From: Octopus sinensis
Lineage: Eukaryota
DNA length: 64,000 bases
Assembly: GCF_006345805.1 (NCBI RefSeq)
Contig: NC_043003.1
Location: 43,462,001-43,526,000, forward strand
Direction: 5' to 3'
Shown here: in pieces, positions 1-13,309 of the stretch
Numbering within the stretch: the first letter of the stretch is position 1
How the letters are laid out: every line of letters starts with the position of its first letter
Position numbers and translations under genes: made by a program
Notes under the pieces: generated by a model
What the model was told of the DNA's origin: nothing
What the model saw: the letters and a program-made list of their open reading frames with translations, nothing else
Database searches by the model: none

Positions 1-28
1 TATTATTATTATTATTATTATTATTATT

Positions 29-59
<31 letters not shown>

Positions 60-100
60 GTATTATTATTATTATTATTATTATTATCATTATTATTATT

Positions 101-915
101 CAGTAGTATATTTTCTATATCGTGCTTTCACTTCACTACCGAGCGCATCTCTGTGTGCCTTGGGTATGTGCTGTGATTTGTTGTGATGCTCTGATGGTTA
201 TTGTATGGAAAGTGTTCTGCGTAGGATGTGTGCAGTGCCTAGTAGTGCAATTTTCTGTATGTTACATGTGTTTGTAAGTCCTGGTGTTTTTGTTATGTAT
301 TTGTCTGAATATTTTTTTATCATGCTTAATGCACCTATTATGATAGGAATTGTTTCTGTTTTTAGATTCCGCATTCTGGTTTTTTGAAAGTTTCTCCATT
401 TCTTTGAGAGACACGTTGTCATCTGCTGGTATTGATACATCAATTAGAAAACATTTTTTTCCTTCATGATCTCTGACAACGAAATCTGGTCTGTTGGCCT
501 TAATTTCTCTATATGTGTGTATTGGCATATCCCAGAGTATGGTTGCTTTCTCGTTTTCTGTGACCTTTTCTGGTGTGTGCCTATACCATCCTTTTTTGTT
601 GGTATTCCATAATGTTGGCATAGTTTCCAGTGTATATAGGTCCCAACTTTGTCGTGCTTGTGAATATATTCCTTCTTAGCCAGGACTGGGCAGCTAGAGA
701 TAATATGATTTATTGTTTCTTGTCCATCTCCATATATTCTGCAGTTACATGTTATATTTCTTTTCATTACATGTTTTTGGTAATTTCTGGTGGGGAGGTT
801 TTGATCTTGTGCTGCAATTAAAAATTCTTCTGTCTCTGCTTTGAGTCCTGAGCTTCTCAACCATTGCTGGGATTTTTCTTTGTCTATTTCTTTTGCATTT
901 AGTTTAGTCCAGTAT
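101..915 (-). mobile_element. 5'-truncated R4/Dong non-LTR retrotransposon, family A (zinc-knuckle, RLE and 3' UTR), frameshifted
   Basis: ORFs 444..860, 262..621 and 198..443 give LIAAQDQ...CRI...HIISSC...RPDFVV...IDVSIP...ALLGTAHILRRTL. Reverse complement of about 20286-21125. (TTA)n on both sides. Confidence 0.92.
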
Positions 916-926
916 TATTATTATTA

Positions 927-989
<63 letters not shown>

Positions 990-995
990 TTATTA

Positions 996-1046
<51 letters not shown>

Positions 1047-1202
1047 TATCATTATCATCATCATCATCATCATTATTATTATTATTATATTATTATATTA
1101 TTATTATTATTATTATTATTATATTATTATATTATTATCATTATATTATTATTATTATTATATTATTATTATTATTATTATCATTATCATCATCATCATC
1201 AT

Positions 1203-1234
<32 letters not shown>

Positions 1235-1329
1235 TTATTATTATTATCATTATTATTATCATTATTATTATTATCATTATTATTATTATATATTATTATT
1301 ATTATTATCATTATCATCATCATCATCAT

Positions 1330-1407
<78 letters not shown>

Positions 1408-1434
1408 CATTATTATTATTATTATTATTATTAT
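916..1434. repeat. (TTA/TCA)n compound microsatellite
   Basis: Seen directly. Confidence 0.97.
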
Positions 1435-1874
1435 GAAAGACACTCGAATAGTTAAGTACCGGTTGTTCTTTACTTGAAAGCAGCGAATAACAGTCTGCCA
1501 ACGATTTCGACTAGTCCCTTCTCCTGCGACTCAAAGTGACAATTACCCATCCTGCTGATAAGGTCCCTGAATAAGGGTTGTTTAAGGATGTTGAACGAAA
1601 CACCTATTTAAACCCCAAAGAATCCCTCTCAACACATGGCAATGATGCTCCCCCACTACTTCTGCTCGTGATCAGAGATTCACATATCGTCAGCCACTAA
1701 GTGACATGCTCAACTGGTTAAGGTCAAACAACTGACAAGCAAATCTGTGTTATTGGGCAGAATAGTTGCTGTAGCCCATCTTTTATGCCAAGACAAAACA
1801 ATGTACATGATAACACTTCCAATCAGTTACGATCACAAGCCACAAGAGCCACTACCTCTTATTGCATCAGGGCA
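1435..1874 (-). mobile_element. TAA-associated non-coding repeat (family of 5624-6178) with a different 3' end
   Basis: Reverse complement starts TGCCCTGATGCA and follows 5624 to ~5970, then diverges. Flanked by (TTA)n. Confidence 0.85.
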
Positions 1875-1999
1875 ATTATTGTTATTATTATTATTAATAT
1901 TATTTTTATTATTATTATTATTTTTATAATAATAATAATAATAATAATAATAATTATTATTATTATTATTATTATTATTAGTAGTAGTAGTAGTAGTAT

Positions 2000-2084
<85 letters not shown>

Positions 2085-2088
2085 TGTA
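1875..2088. repeat. (TTA)/(TAA)/(TAG)n compound microsatellite
   Basis: Seen directly. Confidence 0.95.
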
Positions 2089-2249
2089 ATTAGTTCAAAA
2101 TGATAAGAATAAACAGAGGACAAATTAATACATATGGAGGCGGCAAAAATATCCGATTTAAATAATCATTTAGTTTTACTCGAATACTTTTTCTTCTGAT
2201 ATGAATCGAAACGAAACAATCGGTTGTAATTATAGTTATAAATTCTGAA

Positions 2250-4700
2250 GTTGAATGATAATTACTATACAAATCACTTGACTTATCCTATGAAGATTTT
2301 TGCTTCCTTTTATATCTAGCAATCACTCAGGATTAAACTCACTTAGGGATTAAACTATTTAAACTGATTTATGTCGGAAATATCGAAGCCTTAAGTCCTT
2401 AACTGCACTTCATTGTATTCGTTTACACTGTTTTTTAAAACTTGTTTTTCTCTTACGCGTTTTTATTTTCTATCTCTGAAAAATTAGATCTTAGTCAAAT
2501 AAACCTTTTCAATTTGCGGGTGATTAGTGGAAAAACGAATGAAAAATGATACAGAAAAATCGAAACATTATAGGAAATCGAAATACAGAGCATATTACGT
2601 TGCAGGGTGTGAGGAAAAACGAGAATAAATAATAAAACACTATAGTGAGAATAAATGCGGAGTTTTATAGAAACATTAATTAATATAATTTCAAAGACAT
2701 ATTTCTTTTCACTGATCAGTTTTCCATGAATGTTTTCCCCCTGATTCATTTGGAACCACTATAAATCTGGTACAATTGTTTTACAAACGTTTCTTAATAG
2801 AAAAAAAAAAGAAACGAAAAGTAGCAAGATCAACAGCCGGTGAAATTTTTAAATTGCATTTTAGAAGTATCGAAAGAATAGCACCATTTATTTTTCGAGA
2901 GAAATGCAAGGCGAATTTACAACGCGAAACATAAAGCCAGAGAAAAATTTCTCTTGCGTTATCTTCCCCTCTTGTCATTTTAAATCTATGGCATTAATCT
3001 TCTCATTTTCTATTGCTTTCTATTTTGTCTTAATTTAGAATTTTATCGCTTATTTCTGAAACAAATGTTTACCCACTTATCTCCACGGCTCTGAAACTCA
3101 TGCAGTTTCTGAACCATCTTTAAAAGTTAGAAGGAAAGCCAAGATTGATGAATGGTTTTAATTCCAGCTCTGTTGTGGGAAGAAGTAAAATTACGGGTCA
3201 TGAAGCGAAAATAACACAGTGTTTAAGCTATAATAATGACCCTATGTAGCAGATTGCTGAATGATAATTCAATAAAAAAAACAAGATTTAATAATTTGTC
3301 CACGACGATTGATATCAATGCTTCATTCTTCTTTAAAGTACTTCACTAACGTATGTTCATTTGATCGTTTATCCTATCTGTATGTAAAGATTTGTTACCT
3401 TACCACATTCCTGAATTAAAACTTGTGTTACATTTCTGTTCAAAGCTTAAACGAAAGTTGTGTTAAATGTAAAATAGGAGACTATATCACACTGTTTGTC
3501 TCTAATCTATATAGTGGAACTAACTAAACAAAAATGTTCAGTGTCAACCATATTTAAAACTGCATCCAATTACTCAAAAGGAAAATACTTCGCTATTGAA
3601 ACCGAATGCAGAGAATCTTCGGGATAGATTTTAGGCATGTAATCAAATCTTGTATAATATGATATGCCTGTAAAAAAGGCAGGACAGGAAGTCAATGAAT
3701 CGTAATATATTTAATCATAGACTGATACTTCGCACCCCACAAAAATAATTTACAACAAACTAATTCTTTGTGATTTTAACCAACCTTTTGATTATTTTTA
3801 TAGTTTCGTCAGTATAATATATGTTCGAATGTAAAGAGCGTAAGAGATAAGTATAAACTTCAACTTGTTTTGGATTCTTCATTTACGCTTGTTTAGAAAA
3901 TTTCAAATATCCACAAATCCAATGTTTGTAAATTCACTAATAATACCAGCTAAATTAAATCGGAGTAATTAATTTGTGTATACTAACTGCAATACTGAAC
4001 ATTAATATTAGTGGTGTTTTAAGAATTTTTTTTCGTATATATACTGTAATATAGGATGTTCAACCAGCACTATAACTTGAAACGCTACTACAGACAATTC
4101 TTCTGTATAATAAGTTATACAGTTATAATGAGTATATAAGATGGGGACATATATATACGTGTATTGCAACTCTTTTTGAAGTCTTTATCAACAGCTGTGT
4201 ATCAACTTCAAACATTCTACAAAAGAGTGCTTAAACACTAACCAATATTATACAAGCTGGAGATAACCTTGTTACGCGTAACTAAAAATTACACCGAATA
4301 TAGCGCAGTGTTCATAATATCTAAATTTCTGCCCCAATATAGAGAAGGGTACTGATTTATATTTGAAAATATTGTACATATCGTAAATAATATTTAAGAG
4401 AAAAATACTTGATTTAATTTTTTAATGCTCTATATGTTATATTAAATGTTCCCACTTAACAAAACATGAAAAGAATATTAAAATAATGATTTGATCAAAT
4501 TGTAATTAGTTCAAAATGTAATTTAACTAAAATTAGTTTTACATTTTCAATTTCAACATTTCTAGAACATTTAAGACATTTTACATGTAATATCAATCGA
4601 ATCGACTCATAATTTTTAGCATTTATTTTTCTTCTCCAAATAGAAATAACACAGATTTGAAATCTTTCATTCGGCATTTTATAATGAAATAATTTTGATG
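2250..4700 (-). pseudogene. Decayed LRR-containing GPCR (GRL101/LGR-like), copy 1
   Basis: Motifs in the expected order: LRR-like RNLDIMNTAL (~4320), hinge-like SS..LLN (~3300), FINLGF (TM2-like, ~3145), AIDLK.RGED...WLYVSRCKFA (ECL1/TM3, ~2995-2910), YSVLLFI...LCISISY (TM5-like, ORF 2495..2749). Many stops and frameshifts. Confidence 0.55.
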
Positions 4701-4787
4701 AAGTTTTACTTTGTTTTTATTTTTTTCGCCGTGTCATATAGAAAATTAAATTCTGAATATTCGATTAACTCTAAATTGACACTCATA

Positions 4788-4824
4788 TGCACGCGCACAC
4801 ACTCGCACACACAGACACACACAG

Positions 4825-4858
<34 letters not shown>

Positions 4859-4990
4859 ACGCACACACACATACACGTACACATACATGTATATGTGTGT
4901 ATGTATATATATATGCATTTGTGTATATATATGTATATCTATATATATTCATACATACATAGATACATATATACATGCATGCATACATCA

Positions 4991-5021
<31 letters not shown>

Positions 5022-5308
5022 TATAATATATATATATCTGTGTGCGTGTGTGTGTATGTATGTATATGCATACATAATAAATAAGCAGATTCGCCATTTC
5101 ACATTTAATATTAATTTACTGAAAATCTACTAGAAAATATAACGATGAAATATAATTTATAGTTAATGCCTTCCTCCTACTCACTAACACTGACAAACAT
5201 ATATTATCAATACACATATACATTTATATAAACACATAATTATATGCGTATACGTATTTGTATATATATATATATGTGTGTGTGTATATACATATATGTA
5301 TATATATA

Positions 5309-5359
<51 letters not shown>

Positions 5360-5415
5360 ATGTGTGTGTGTGTGTGTCTGTGTATATATTACATGAATAT
5401 GCACACACACATACA
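4788..5415. repeat. (CA)/(TA)/(TG)n compound dinucleotide repeats
   Basis: Seen directly. Confidence 0.9.
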
Positions 5416-5557
5416 CATGAGAAGTACTATTAATTCAGAATTTGATGATGGACTATGTTAATGTATTGATGTTCTTGACTATTACAATGACAATAATAAC
5501 AATTCGGATAATAATAATAATGATAATAATAGCAACAACAACAACAACAACAGCAAC

Positions 5558-5623
<66 letters not shown>

Positions 5624-5624
<1 letters not shown>

Positions 5625-6178
5625 GCCCTGATGCAGTACCAGGCAGTGGCTCTCATGGCTTCTGATCTTAACTGATTGGAAGTGTTATCATGTACATTGT
5701 TTTGTCTTGGTATAAAAGATGGGCTGCAGCAAACATTCTGCTCAATACCTCAGATTTGCTTGTCAGTTGTTTGACCTTAACCAGTTGAGCATGTCCCTTA
5801 GTGGCTGACGATATGTGCATCTCTGATCACGAGCAGAAGTAGTGGGGGAGCATCATAGCCATGTGTTGAGAAGGATTTTTTGGGGTTTGAATAATTCACC
5901 TCTGGAAACATGGGTGTTTCATTCAACGTCCTTAAACAACCCTTATTCAGGGACCTTTTGAGCGAGATGGGTTACTCGATCTGAAGAAAATTCTAACTGG
6001 GCTCCACCTACAAGGTCATGTGCTGTTTATCTTGATATGAGATCCCCATGTCGCGCACATATGGTTGTGATGCATGTGCCTGGTGTACCCTTATCAGATG
6101 GGTAGTCATGATGGGTATATTGGGCTTCGTATATTTTACCCCAGTGTCACTTTGATGGCATGCACTGCTCTCTCACTC
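5624..6178 (+). mobile_element. Apparently full-length TAA-associated non-autonomous repeat (SINE-like, no tRNA head seen)
   Basis: Homologous to 1435-1874, 51440-51897 and 56039-56151. Starts after (AAT)n and ends CACTGCTCTCTCACTC-(AAT)n. Confidence 0.88.
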
Positions 6179-6249
6179 AATAATAATAATAATAATAATA
6201 ATGATGATGATGATGGTGATGATGATGGGAATGATGTTGATGATGATTA

Positions 6250-6280
<31 letters not shown>

Positions 6281-6769
6281 TTTCGAGAACATGAGTGATT
6301 TCGATCCTGGCGACTAAGGGGAAGAAAACAATAAGTATCACAACACAAAGGACAATAGATTTTTGCATTTAGAACCATAAAGCAATTAATGTATCAAACA
6401 ATAAAATCTAACAAATTGGGTCACCACCTAGTGTCGACCAAGGAATCCTCACATCCTAGACACCCCAATTACCTAATAAACTTTCTACAGTCACTCTTTT
6501 CTCTTTCAATTCTTCCGGTGTATATGTACATGCTCAGAGTAGATCCATTCACATGGGCCCTAACTGCAACATTCACTTACATTTGATGAAAAGTCCTGTA
6601 GCAACACTTGCTTCGTCATTCACTTTCCTTTTGAAGTGGAACTTGAAAATGTCTTTGAAACCTTGACTGAAGACAAACATAACATATCCTCTCTTCAGTT
6701 CTTTGAATCTCACCCACTGCACGATCTTTTTTTACCATAGCCACCGGACAGTGGAAAATTGTTAGTGCT

Positions 6770-7730
6770 ACTTACTTACTTGTACTTGTGACGGCGTTCA
6801 CCCAGGGCGGGTTGAGCCGGCTTCTTCTCTAGTTCTGACGGCATCATGAATCATGGCGGCCCACGCTCGACGGTCCTCTGTGAGGTCAATGGAGATAGCG
6901 AGCCATTCCTGGTTCCACCTGCGCAGACCAACCATCTGCAGACCTGAGAGGTCCTCCTTTATCGTCATTATCCAGGTCTTCAGCTGCCCGCCTTTGCCAG
7001 TTGAGAAGTGGAGGTGGGAAAAGGACATCGCGAACCAGCTCACTATGATATCAAGTGCTACCCGTTCAATAGAAGACAGCACTGCGATCGTCACAATGGA
7101 TTTGGATTTCAGTCGTATCCGCTCTACATTCGACAAAAGCTGTTTGACAAAACTCCATAAGGCAGCAATGCCCAGCAAGTGAAAAAATATATGCAGAACG
7201 TTTTCCGTCTCGACGTGCATCTTGGCCAGGCTCGTCTGACAGGAATTATGTGACTGTAGAACTTAACTCGAACCTACCAGGCTAGGGATTTCTAGATATC
7301 ACTAATATGTACTAGTACGAAATTCCTCAGTATTAGACCAGCAAAATGACTTCCACCGAGGCCCAGATATTTCTCGAGGAATCCACGGTGGAACATCGAG
7401 CGACTGCATTGACTGTGTAGCAGAGGTTTGTTAGAGCTTAGTGACCAACCATGTGCCGAATGCTTAGTCTCGTTTTCACTTTCAACCAGGACTGGAACTT
7501 CGTCAATGAGACAATCTGTGAAATAACCTTTTTGACAAACACCGATCGCAAATGCCCACCGTCAAAAGTTGGCTGGAGATATTACATCTTCAGCGCATGC
7601 CTTCACATCATTAGCTATGACATGCCAAATCTTTCACTGAGCAGCTGCTGACAACAAATGGACCGTACGAGAACAGGAACCCATCCGTTCGACGTCGAAG
7701 AAAAGGGTAAGCATCGAACTTGGACATCAA
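6770..7730 (-). mobile_element. RTE-clade LINE, degraded 3' portion
   Basis: C-terminus GGQLKTWIMTIKEDL...GLRRWNQEW...DRRAWAAMI (ORF 6798..7220). Short CAAGTA/TAAG-type tail at 6770-6790. Confidence 0.75.
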
Positions 7731-7737
7731 GGAAGCA

Positions 7738-7895
7738 GCGCAGCAGGAGTGGGTGTGGTAAGTAGCTTGCTTACCAACCACATGGTTCCGGGATGGGTCC
7801 CACTGCGTGGCACCTTGGGCCAATAACTTCTATAGCCTCAGGCCGATCAAAGCCTTGTGAGTGGATTTGTAGACGAAAACTGAAAGAAGCCCTTC

Positions 7896-7970
<75 letters not shown>

Positions 7971-8182
7971 TGTGTCTGTGTTTGTCTCCCCAACATCGCC
8001 TGACAACCTATGCTGGTGTGTTTAAGTCCCCGTAACTTAGCGGTTCGGCAAAAGAGCCCGATAGAATAAGTACTAGGCTTAAAAAAATAAGTCCTGGGGT
8101 CGATTTGCTCGACTAAAGGCGGCGCTCCCACACGGCCGCAATCACATGACTGAAAAGAGTAAAAGAGTAAAGTGTAAAAAGA
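7738..8182 (+). mobile_element. tRNA-derived SINE with internal (TA)n(TG)n spacer
   Basis: Head GGAGTGGGTGTGGTAAG...GGTTC, CACCTTGGGC, body ...CGGTTCGGCAAAAGAG...GGGGTCGAT..., tail (AGTAAAAG)n. Same family as 58658-59059. Confidence 0.88.
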
Positions 8183-8229
8183 GTTTATGTTAATGTGGAG
8201 AACCACACCAGATTGCTAAGCTATTGGAT

Positions 8230-9480
8230 CCTTATGTCCTTATGTCCGGCGACCTCACAACGTTGCCGGATGGCGTGGATTTAAATACCAGGTGCCCTTC
8301 TGCAGCCCAACCACTTCTACGAGATATTTGCTCCTGTCAATGCTTCGTACTCACCATGATTTCTTACATGTCAGACATTACTACCGTGACTTGGTCCGCA
8401 GAGATTGTTACGAATCTTCCACGTTCTAGCTCAGGCAGAATGATCTTCGAATCATCCATACTCCTTAGTAATAACTGGAAAACTAACACTGGGAGAAGGT
8501 GCAAGTGTGGGTGCCCTTTAGGGACCGAACATACGATGCTAAACGATTCCAATAGGTGGCTATTTATTTTGACCGAGTAGATTTCGTTTCACCTTGAATT
8601 AATCCAGCAACGATCCTGAAATATATAACCATGTGGAAAGCCTGCGATATTGGTGGTCGACACTATCAAAATCTTTATTCTAAATTCCTTACCTACACTC
8701 TCTATGCTATAATGAGTGAAGTAGGGTTTGTCTTGTAATCTGCCCGAAAGCTACGGGTCTAAAGTTATCGATATGCTTCGCCTTGTTCGTGTCCTTTCGG
8801 AGCAGCACTACCACGCCAAGGCATACCGTACAAACAATTCTCACATCTGTTGTGATGCTAGATGCGGTAGACATCAGCCAAGAGATTACAGAAGTACTGC
8901 ATATGAAGATAAAGCTCGCTATGCAGGTCATTCAACTTCAGAGAATTCTCCCTTTTGTAGGTAGTCATCGCACTACGCATGTCTTCGGATGTAAGCCGCG
9001 GCATGGCGTCCCTCTCTCACTCACTGCGCGCCCCGTAGAGTTAAGTAAGTTGCTGATGAAATTCCGTACACATCTGCTTGGATTCGAACTGCAAGCTCCC
9101 GAGACCAGTCCTTTCCGAAATAACGCCGCCTCTCCGCTTTCCTTTTCAGGTCGACTAAGCGAAAGTAGATGGCCTCAAAACCGCCGAAAACAGGTACTAA
9201 AAGACGGTTATTTAAAATCCCAGTCTCCCTAATGTTCACCACATAGATGATCAATGACCTCAGGTCATTGAGCAGTCATCTCTGCGTCAAAGCCGACCGC
9301 AGGCCACGTGCATTCATACATCAAACTCACAGAATTGCAGTGATTATAGGAGAGAAGGAAAATGGATCACTTACCTTAGCCGTCATAATTATACGGCAAA
9401 AGTATGTGTTCATATCCATTACTGCCCTGTGTGCCTAGGGGAAATCTTTCAGAAACCTACTGGTGACTTTGACTAGATCA
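8230..9480 (-). mobile_element. Degenerate L1/Tx1-like LINE ORF2 (RT region)
   Basis: GVVVLLRKD...IDNFRPV, FSIVCSVPKGHP (SVRQGCP-like), ISADQVTVV (YADDVTV-like); many frameshifts. Confidence 0.6.
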
Positions 9481-11321
9481 GTCCTTTCGTCATAGAGGAA
9501 TTTCACTCTAACTACCTTATAAGCTTTTATGGGAAACCTAACCATTAGTAGGTCACCAGGGACTGAGATCTTTTCTTCGATTTAAAGCTCAGCATTGCTT
9601 CTATCTTCTACATTCGGGCTATGAACGACATTAGTTTTAGATAATTTCACTGAGTAGAACAAAATCTGTATTAGATCATATTGAACTCTTGAGTGGAGTT
9701 GTGCGTTGTTGGGGTTGTTTTGGGAGTTTTGTTTATATCTGCTGGTCGTACTCTTGTGTATTTGTTTTTGTGCGCTTTGTTGCTGATAGACACAATGAGT
9801 ATGCTGCTGTTGTGGAATTGAGAGTGTCTGGTGTGGTCTTGTCAAATGTGTTGGGTGTCATGTGCACGTTTCGATCTTCTTATTTTTTGAGTTTTCTTGT
9901 TGCTTTGCCTTCCCGGTTTACTCGTCCACAAGATGAGGTTGCCGAATCGGAAACTTCAGATTACGAAGGGTTTGTTTATGTGCTCGCCCAAATATATTTT
10001 CCGGACACATGATTAGAGAGTTTCCATTCACTCAAAACATTTTATTTACATTCAGTCACATTTTGGCATATTTAGTGTAGGAGAACATTTCCCTCTCTAC
10101 ATTCACTTTCCCTGCCAATATGAAGTTGAAAAGTAGATGGGTGCTTCGCCGATGAATGGTGCGTCCGTTCTCAATCCATACAATCTCGTAGAATTTCGTT
10201 TCCAATGCATTCGGCCGGTAAAATAAATATCCCTATAAGACTAGATATCTTTGGATAGACTTTTTAGGTAATGATGCAAGAAAATACACACAGTGATAAG
10301 ATTGAGCCAAATACATAACATGCGGAAAATAACACTTTACATAAATAATTTCAGGTTATCTCAAAATACTGGCAATCACAAAAGCAACACAAAACTCTCG
10401 AGGCACAGACAGCTCTCTATAAAGCAATAAAAGCACGCAATGAAAATAAGACTACAGCTAAAATAATTATTATATTATTAATAATGATTTGATTTGTTGC
10501 TGCAAAGACTAGGTATGAGGTACATTCCAAGTAATAATTACAAGAAAAAAACATTTGGGGTTTTTACATCGAATAATACAGAATCAATGCAATGTTATAT
10601 CAGGCAAAATAAATAATTAGATCAAACACAGACTGACAAATAGTTAATTAATGGACAAAAGATATATAAAACACATACATGAAAGATAATATTAGCAAAG
10701 AATATTATAACACGTGAAATGGAGATAAATAAACCGAAAATAGGTTAAGCGATAGCAATATTTCAGCAGTTTCAGTAATAATTTATAGTTGTAATATTTT
10801 GCGCTGGAAGCTAAGTGAATTATTCCGACTAGATATGAAAGGAAAGAAAATAATAACGGCAGTTAGAATACAGCTCCAAACACAGACACAGAAAAATTAT
10901 ATTAACCACGAATACTGGCATGGGGAAGGTTTCTACAATTAGAAAAGTTATAAAATATCTGTGACAAGACTACAAATATGTGTAATGGAAAATAAAATAA
11001 AATATATATAAATATAAGCGAATAGCTATAAACTAAAAAAGTAAGTTACTATGTTCTACATATTTAGGAAAACCAACACCTATAAAACAGAGGGTACTGT
11101 AATAAACAACTATATGGCAGGTTCAGGAAACTGCAACACAAGCTATTAAATATCTACGAAGTTAAATTGAAAATTCGATTGGTGAACATCATGCTAAGAT
11201 ACGGGGAAAAATACTAAATACACCTAGTACCCAACAAAATGTCGCAATGAAAATTTGAATAAAGATAAACGTCTGGATACACGTATAAAGCCAAAAATTT
11301 TGCATACTATAAAAAATATCT

Positions 11322-11555
11322 CATTTACTCTTTTACTTGTTTCAGTCATTTGACTGTGGCCATACTGGAGCATCGCCTTTAGTCGAGTAAATCGACCCCC
11401 GGGACTTATTCTTTGTAAGCCTAGTACTTATATCGTTCTGTTTTGCCGAACCGCTAAGTTACGGGGGATGTAAACACACCAGTATCGGTTGTCAAGCGAT
11501 GTGGGGCGGGGGCAAAATCAGGCACACAAACATACACACACACACACACATACAT

Positions 11556-11608
<53 letters not shown>

Positions 11609-11760
11609 CATATATACGACGGGCTTCTTTCAGTTTCTGTCTACCAAATTCACTCTCGAGGCTCTGGTCGGCCCGAGGCTTTAGTAGAAGACCCTTGGCG
11701 AAGTTGCCACGCAGAGGAACTGAACCCGAAACCATGTGCTTCTTACACACAGCCACACAG
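11322..11760 (-). mobile_element. tRNA-derived SINE with internal microsatellite
   Basis: Reverse complement of the 7738/58658 family. Confidence 0.88.
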
Positions 11761-12761
11761 AATTACATAGATTCCGGATATACATGTTTAAGCTAAACGA
11801 ATAAGTAAAGCAATCTTTGTTCCACACTGACATAAATTTATCCTTAGTTGTCCACCCCGATCTTAAACCTAGTTAAATTCATTTTTTAAACTGGCTTGTA
11901 TGTAGAAACATTAATTTGCATCTTCATCAGGGTAGGCTTCAAATATGAAATGAAAATATGAAATTCATGCTTTTGTTTTATTTAACTTTCTGTTTGCATG
12001 CAAAAACAGATAAGCTCACGCACACATATACACACAAACACACGCACACACACACACACATATAGGGGTTGTATATTCACGCACGCACAAGTGCGCACGC
12101 AACCCGTATTTATGATATATATATATATGCATAGGTTTTATATATATTGTTATATGTGCGTCTTCGTGCTTGAGTGAGTAAGTTTGTGTGTGTGTGTGTG
12201 GGGGGGGTTGTAAGGTTAGATCCGCATCAGTCTGCACAAGATACAAGATACAAGATCTATGTAAATTTACCTTTGCTTGGTGAGAAGTTAAAATATTTGT
12301 AATAACGATGATTTATACTTCAATGTACCAGCGTCATCAACAGAAACGTGAAATGATATTGGGGAGGAAGTGAGGCGGTAAGATGCTCATATCTCCTATT
12401 GTAACTAGCTGTATCTCGGCCTGAAAAACTAATCAGCAAATATTAAGCTGAGAAGATTGAACTCGTCAACGCACTAAATAAACCAGAACAGAATGAAGAA
12501 AAGGAGAGTAAAATGAAAAAAATATAACAAAAGTGAAAAGGCAGCAGTGAAAATATATTAATCAATACTCTACATGTCATTACCACATAAGGCTTTTAAA
12601 CCAATATTTTCTGCCATACAGTCTGCTCTTTCTTTTCTACAAGAGAATCTTAGACAAGGTGTGGAAAGGTGAGTTGGTATTTATACCTTAGGATAAAGAT
12701 TATATTCCTGACTACAGGGTGAAAATTATATTTGGGAAAACAACACATTCATTTGTATACG

Positions 12762-13100
<339 letters not shown>

Positions 13101-13151
13101 AGAGTGTTTGAAATGCTGTACAGATATTGTATATTTTCAGAGATGTGGAAG

Positions 13152-13288
13152 TCAGGATTTTGGATAATTCTTTATTTGTTAACCGAACTCTTCAACAAAA
13201 ATTTTAAATCCAAATTGTCTTAATTTCTCTCTTAAAGTGTTCAGTTAAGCGAAAGAAAGCGCAAATAAAGAATTATCCAAAATTCTGA
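13152..13288. repeat. 27-bp inverted repeat pair (MITE-like)
   Basis: TCAGGATTTTGGATAATTCTTTATTTG (13152-13178) against CAAATAAAGAATTATCCAAAATTCTGA (13262-13288), one mismatch. Confidence 0.75.
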
Positions 13289-13309
13289 ACGCCTCCTCAT
13301 TATTAGGAA

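Noticed and set aside
841-2123. Poly-Y/I/N/S/T ORFs, and similar YI/CV/HT ORFs throughout the window
   Set aside because: Translations of microsatellites with no domain content.
9500-11310. Possible LINE ORF1 (minus) and old L1-like ORF2 (plus) relics
   Set aside because: Only strand-skewed composition and vague motifs; not enough to assign.
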